Assembly (NCBI GenBank): GCA_964532005.1
Contig: CAZHER010000001.1
Location: 55,502 to 119,501, forward strand
Reading direction: 5' to 3'
DNA length: 64,000 nt
Source of the DNA: an uncultured Candidatus Saccharibacteria bacterium
Lineage (GTDB): Bacteria > Patescibacteriota > Doudnabacteria > UBA920
Shown here piece by piece: positions 59,946 through 64,000 of this stretch; the stretch's first letter is position 1; each line of letters begins with the position of its first letter. The notes under the pieces were generated by a model that was given only the letters and a program-made list of their open reading frames with translations, ran no database searches and had not been told where the DNA came from. Both the position numbers and the translations under genes were made by a program.

Positions 59946-61376
59946 ATGACCAATAACGTATCAAACAAGCAGAAAATAGAGTTCACTCCGGAAACGGCAG
60001 CTATGTTTGGCGTATCTGAGCACAAAGAAGCTACCCCAATAGATACAGAAACCATGGTTCCTGCTAATCTGCCAATCATCGATGCTGTGGGCACTACCGA
60101 AAAAAGCGAAGTTGCCGAACTGGCTGAATTGCCACATGAAAACCTTGATATGGAAGAAATCCAGCCAATTCCAGAGACTCCAGCTAATTCAAATTCAAAA
60201 GCTCGCGCAATATATATTGCCAAGTCCGTGGCGCCATATTTGGGAATTTTTCTTGTTGGTATTTTCTTGTATCAATACTTTTTTTCCGATTTTTCAGTAG
60301 GTAGTTTTATCAAAACCAACGACACTGCTACTGTTACCCAAACACAAGCCGAAGTCAACGAACGTTTGGTTGCGCTGAAGCAGGAAAAAGCTGGTGAATA
60401 CGCTAAGTGGATCAAGCAATTCTTTTATGAAGTTACAGATCCCGCAGTGATAGAAATGGACAATGATATTTCCGGCAACGGCTTGACTAATTTTGAAAAG
60501 TTCATGCTGAACTTAAACCCAAAGGCATATGACACTTTGGGGCTGGGTCAACCAGATGGACAAACAGTAATGGATGGAACTAACCCTTGGACCGGTAAAC
60601 CGATGACGGACAATCAGAAAAAAATTGTTGAACTATATTTTGACAGACAACTGATTTCTAACCGTCTTGCTGCAGGTAGTTTAAAGCTTGCTCAAAATAG
60701 TATTGCCAACGCCAGCGGTTCTCCAAACAACAACGGCTATGAAAATCCAAGTAACTATTCTTTTGTCGATGGCACGGGTACGGTGGGTGCAACTAATTCA
60801 GCTTCTAGTTCAGGCGGTGGTCAAGTTGCCGGAACTTACACCAACCAACCCCAGCAGATCTTGGGAACTTCTTCAACAGGATCTACGAGTACCGGTCAGG
60901 GAAGCGCTTTGCAGGGGCTGGATATTAACGCAGACATAGCCGGAGAGCTAAGCATTCCAGCAAATGGGATTAAAGCCCCTTTGGTTTTCACTAAGGACAC
61001 GAAGAATTTTGAATCTGATCTGACCAAAGGTGTGGTTCATTACCCTGGAACTGCAATGCCCGGTTCGGTAGGAACAGCATATATATCCGGCCACTCAAGT
61101 GGATATTCTTGGCAACGTAATGCATACAAAAATATTTTCCGCGGTTTGAACAATGTTAAAGATGGAACTTCATTTACCATTACAGTTACTTTAAAAGATA
61201 ATCGCAAAGCGACTATTCATTACGTGGTCCAGACCAGAAAAGAGTTTGCTCCAAATGACCAAGCTCAGTTTGTGCAAACTGCCGAGGCCAGAGTAGCTTT
61301 ATCTACTTGTTGGCCACTGGATACAACTTCTCGTCGTTTGGTTCTGTTTGCAAAACAGACCCAGGTAAGCTTCTAA
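59946..61376 (+). CDS. Sortase family protein with extended N-terminal region
   Basis: GVVHYPGTAMPG, ISGHS, LSTCWP, RRLV (His/Cys/Arg triad); TM anchor. Confidence 0.88.
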   Translation: MTNNVSNKQKIEFTPETAAMFGVSEHKEATPIDTETMVPANLPIIDAVGTTEKSEVAELAELPHENLDMEEIQPIPETPANSNSKARAIYIAKSVAPYLGIFLVGIFLYQYFFSDFSVGSFIKTNDTATVTQTQAEVNERLVALKQEKAGEYAKWIKQFFYEVTDPAVIEMDNDISGNGLTNFEKFMLNLNPKAYDTLGLGQPDGQTVMDGTNPWTGKPMTDNQKKIVELYFDRQLISNRLAAGSLKLAQNSIANASGSPNNNGYENPSNYSFVDGTGTVGATNSASSSGGGQVAGTYTNQPQQILGTSSTGSTSTGQGSALQGLDINADIAGELSIPANGIKAPLVFTKDTKNFESDLTKGVVHYPGTAMPGSVGTAYISGHSSGYSWQRNAYKNIFRGLNNVKDGTSFTITVTLKDNRKATIHYVVQTRKEFAPNDQAQFVQTAEARVALSTCWPLDTTSRRLVLFAKQTQVSF

Positions 61377-61402
61377 CACATAGATAAATGGGCTATAATA
61401 TT

Positions 61403-61434
61403 GGGATTCCGCTAATCTGGAATCCCTTTATTTT
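61403..61434 (+). terminator. Intrinsic terminator
   Basis: gggattcc..ggaatccc followed by T-rich tract. Confidence 0.75.
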
Positions 61435-61495
61435 GGCTTATTTTAAAGAGTTTTTTGTGTGGGGCAGGCAGATTTATGAGGCTTTATTGGGGGTC

Positions 61496-61524
61496 TTGAC
61501 AAAATATAGGAAAAGTGATATAAT
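61496..61524 (+). promoter_or_regulatory. Perfect sigma70 promoter
   Basis: TTGACA-17 nt-TATAAT. Confidence 0.85.
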
Positions 61525-61529
61525 ATTAA

Positions 61530-61728
61530 GTCATGGTTGAAAAGGGCAGAATTCAGGTTTTACAAGGGTTTCGGGTAGATTTTTGGCCAACTTCCTTAAG
61601 GAAATGGACAGAAATGTGCCCGGCATTCGCGCCGCGGCCTATACGTGTAGGCCGTGAGCGCAAGCTCAACGGCACGTAAGATATAAACGTTAACAGCAAA
61701 ACGTTTCTGGTTTTTTGACAAAGATGAC
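61530..61728 (+). ncRNA. Candidate structured RNA or leader with four-way junction
   Basis: 5'/3' closing stem starting at the predicted TSS; GC-rich junction 61614-61677 with GCAA tetraloop (manual folding only). Confidence 0.55.
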
Positions 61729-61767
61729 CAATGCTGAGGTCGTCAGATGGATTGGAGGATCCAAAAA

Positions 61768-62565
61768 ATGAAAAAATTTTTCGCAACAATCGTAACATTG
61801 GCAATCGTTCTGTCTTTATTCGTTCCAGCCGTCGCACAGCGCGGTGGCACAGCTTCCGCGAAGACCTTTTTGGGTCAGGAAAAAAACGTTTCGATTCGGG
61901 TTGCCGGAGGCTTTGCCGATGGTAATTTGACCCGCCGTTTAGCGGCACAGGAATATCGAATGAAGTCAGGTAGCAAATGGGCGTTTACTGCTGAGGGTGA
62001 CGGCGAGGACTTTGTCATCGTCATTACCTGCAAGATTGTGAAGAATGGGTCGAGAACCCAGACGGACAATTTGCAGAAGGCAGTGAATAAGAACGCACGG
62101 GAGGAGATCAATCAGACGCGCCGGGCGACAGGCGAAGCAAAAGAAAACCTTCGCCGAAACATACCCCGTGGTCCTAACGGAATTCTCCGCGACCTCGGTG
62201 GCGAGCTAGGCGGTATCTGGATTGAACGGCAAGGCAACAAAAGAATTCAGCAACAGGAAGACAGGATGCAGTCGGATCGCTTTTCACAAGAACGCAATGA
62301 CGTAATTGTCACCGTTCAGTGGATCGTTCCGGGAACAACAAAGCCGACTCATGAATGGGTTGGTAGCGGTGTTTTACATCGTGGTACCCGTGACGAATTC
62401 GGGATTATTAAGACCAAAATCGCCGACAACACGTTGGCTGAAGATGGTCTGCCAGAAGGAACGGTCATAACTGACCGGTCCTATCAGGGCATTGCCGAGA
62501 TCGCTTTCAAAAGAGCAATCAAAGAAGAAGGCGGATCTTTCCCAAATCAAACAATCGGACGGTGA
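61768..62565 (+). CDS. Orphan secreted protein
   Basis: GGAGG SD; signal peptide MKKFFATIVTLAIVLSLFVPAVA/Q. Confidence 0.8.
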   Translation: MKKFFATIVTLAIVLSLFVPAVAQRGGTASAKTFLGQEKNVSIRVAGGFADGNLTRRLAAQEYRMKSGSKWAFTAEGDGEDFVIVITCKIVKNGSRTQTDNLQKAVNKNAREEINQTRRATGEAKENLRRNIPRGPNGILRDLGGELGGIWIERQGNKRIQQQEDRMQSDRFSQERNDVIVTVQWIVPGTTKPTHEWVGSGVLHRGTRDEFGIIKTKIADNTLAEDGLPEGTVITDRSYQGIAEIAFKRAIKEEGGSFPNQTIGR

Positions 62566-62597
62566 CCGCCGTCCCAAACCACAGACTAGGAGATTAT

Positions 62598-63776
62598 ATG
62601 AAACAGATGAAACTAAGGGCGGTCATCACGATGTTGACTGCTTGGGCAATCGTTATGTCGTCGCTTTCGCCACTTATGGTGCGCGAGGTGTCGGCTCAGA
62701 CCAAGACTGCCGTCGTTGAAGGCGAGTTAGATCTAAATAAACTCAGAAAACTCAGCCCAGATGACCCGGCATACTACCGTTCGCCGAACGTGCGTTTTCT
62801 CTCAATGAATTTTAACAAGGCACAACGCGCGGATTTCACTTACCTTGTCGGTTCTTCGCCGCAGATTCGGGGTGGTGCAAAAACACAACCTCAAGCTGAC
62901 GAAGAGGATGTTCCGAACGACCGCGTTCGGGATATTGAGACAATGTCTAAGGGCATGACACTTTCCATTGTGAAATTGCCGACAGAAATGCCGGTTCGCG
63001 ATGCGGAAGGAAAGATTGTCCGTGCAAACGGCAAGGTTGTCATGGAACCAGTTATGGTTCGCCAAAAGAAAGGTTCGGGACAGTTACTCATGGTTTTGAA
63101 GTGTGCCAATTGGTCACGAGAGGTCGGATATGATCCGATCCCACCTCAACCAATTGACAACACCTGTAGAGACTTTAACCCAAACCCCACCCCGACGGCG
63201 AATCGAAACGATAAAGGTGAGATCATTTCCTATTCTTACGACTTCGGCTGTGGCAATAAAGCTACAGTCGCCGTTGAAGTGAGAAAAGAGAAAGAGGTTT
63301 GCAATTGCACTCCTGGGTCTTACACACCCACTCTTTTCAATCGCGGGAAGGGGGATGAAACCGCTAACGTGTCAAACATTGCCTCAATGAAGGAGTTGAA
63401 GAGCAGCCCTGCCTTTACGGTTAAGGAAGCTCTGATAGCTCGTTTCGGCGAAGCGACCATGACGAACGGCAAAGACAAGGATTGGGAGTTAATTCTCCGA
63501 GAAATGGATAAGTTCAAGCAAGGCATCGCAGATGTCCGGCTGAAATATTTATATCTTGAAGTTGACCTTTGTCCGACCGCGGCGGGAACGAACAATGTTC
63601 TCTTTCACGCCATTGCCGATGACGATCAGCCGCCGATCGTTAAAAAGCGGAATTGGGGAAAGATCCTTAAATGGGTCATTCCGATTATCGTCACGGTGGC
63701 GATAATTCTCATTGTGCGGGGTGGTGGAGGTTTGAAAAAGCCGATACCTATTCCACCGAGAATCACACCTCCGTGA
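62598..63776 (+). CDS. Orphan exported protein with six Cys and C-terminal TM anchor
   Basis: AGGAG SD before ATG 62598; signal peptide ending VSA/Q; C-terminal hydrophobic helix and Pro-rich tail. Confidence 0.8.
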   Translation: MKQMKLRAVITMLTAWAIVMSSLSPLMVREVSAQTKTAVVEGELDLNKLRKLSPDDPAYYRSPNVRFLSMNFNKAQRADFTYLVGSSPQIRGGAKTQPQADEEDVPNDRVRDIETMSKGMTLSIVKLPTEMPVRDAEGKIVRANGKVVMEPVMVRQKKGSGQLLMVLKCANWSREVGYDPIPPQPIDNTCRDFNPNPTPTANRNDKGEIISYSYDFGCGNKATVAVEVRKEKEVCNCTPGSYTPTLFNRGKGDETANVSNIASMKELKSSPAFTVKEALIARFGEATMTNGKDKDWELILREMDKFKQGIADVRLKYLYLEVDLCPTAAGTNNVLFHAIADDDQPPIVKKRNWGKILKWVIPIIVTVAIILIVRGGGGLKKPIPIPPRITPP

Positions 63777-63859
63777 TGGTTGATTTTCATTTTTTTGATA
63801 TAAAGTTCGCTCCTTGTTGTATGACCAGCAACAAAGGGTTACCCTCAGGGAGCGACTCT

Positions 63860-63901
63860 AGAACGCGTATGATCTTTCGAGGTTGTACGCGTTCTTTTTT
63901 T
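63860..63901 (+). terminator. Intrinsic terminator
   Basis: agaacgcgta...tacgcgttct followed by T run. Confidence 0.85.
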
Positions 63902-63916
63902 GATTTTGCTAGGTTT

Positions 63917-63950
63917 TGTAACAAAACTTGGGTTTAGGTCGTTCTATAAT
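63917..63950 (+). promoter_or_regulatory. Putative ECF-type promoter for a gene beyond the window
   Basis: TGTAAC-N17-CGTTCTATAAT, resembles the motif at the ECF sigma gene. Confidence 0.45.
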
Positions 63951-64000
63951 TATAGAGGGCAAGAGAAATCGCTTGCTTTAGGAATATTTGGTATAATATG

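Noticed and set aside
61530-61728. tRNA, SRP RNA, tmRNA or RNase P RNA identity
   Set aside because: No T-loop/CCA or 7-nt anticodon loop, no SRP domain IV motif, no tmRNA ends or RNase P conserved regions seen
63640-63776. C-terminus as LPxTG substrate of the neighbouring sortase
   Set aside because: No LPxTG-like motif precedes the TM helix, and the gene is in a separate transcription unit

Overview
AT-rich chromosomal segment from a small-genome bacterium. The gene content, compact intergenic spacing, scarcity of Shine-Dalgarno sites, archaeal-type ProRS and PyrH, and chromosomal VirB4/PrgI/VirB6 locus point to Patescibacteria/CPR (inference). It uses the standard code, since recG and other genes end in TGA. 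In order, the window holds: (1) the 3' part of a T4SS-like locus (VirB6-like, two unknowns, PrgI, split VirB4), followed by a repeat-bearing membrane protein fused to a VanX-like M15D peptidase, a DsbA and a beta-propeller protein; (2) radA, recG, three tRNAs, an ECF sigma/anti-sigma pair, comF, clpC, recX, htpX and lemA; (3) gatCAB, miaA, holB, frr, rseP, proS, mreBCD-mrdA, folD, greA, lysS, serS, murF, an ftsQ-like gene and pyrH; (4) a surface-glycan cluster (two GT-C/PMT-like, three GT2, WecA-like, a single-domain NDP-hexose 2,3-dehydratase, rmlBCDA) and a sortase. Four self-contained cassettes interrupt the housekeeping backbone, each with a near-perfect sigma70 promoter, structured leader, strong SD and intrinsic terminator. 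The most notable signals are non-coding. One is a complete 1:2/2:3/3:4 leader-peptide attenuator controlling two orphan microproteins (23672-24470). The other is a ~200-nt structured RNA with a near-perfect four-way junction ahead of two orphan secreted proteins (61530-61728). All RNA folds were done by eye and need computational confirmation.
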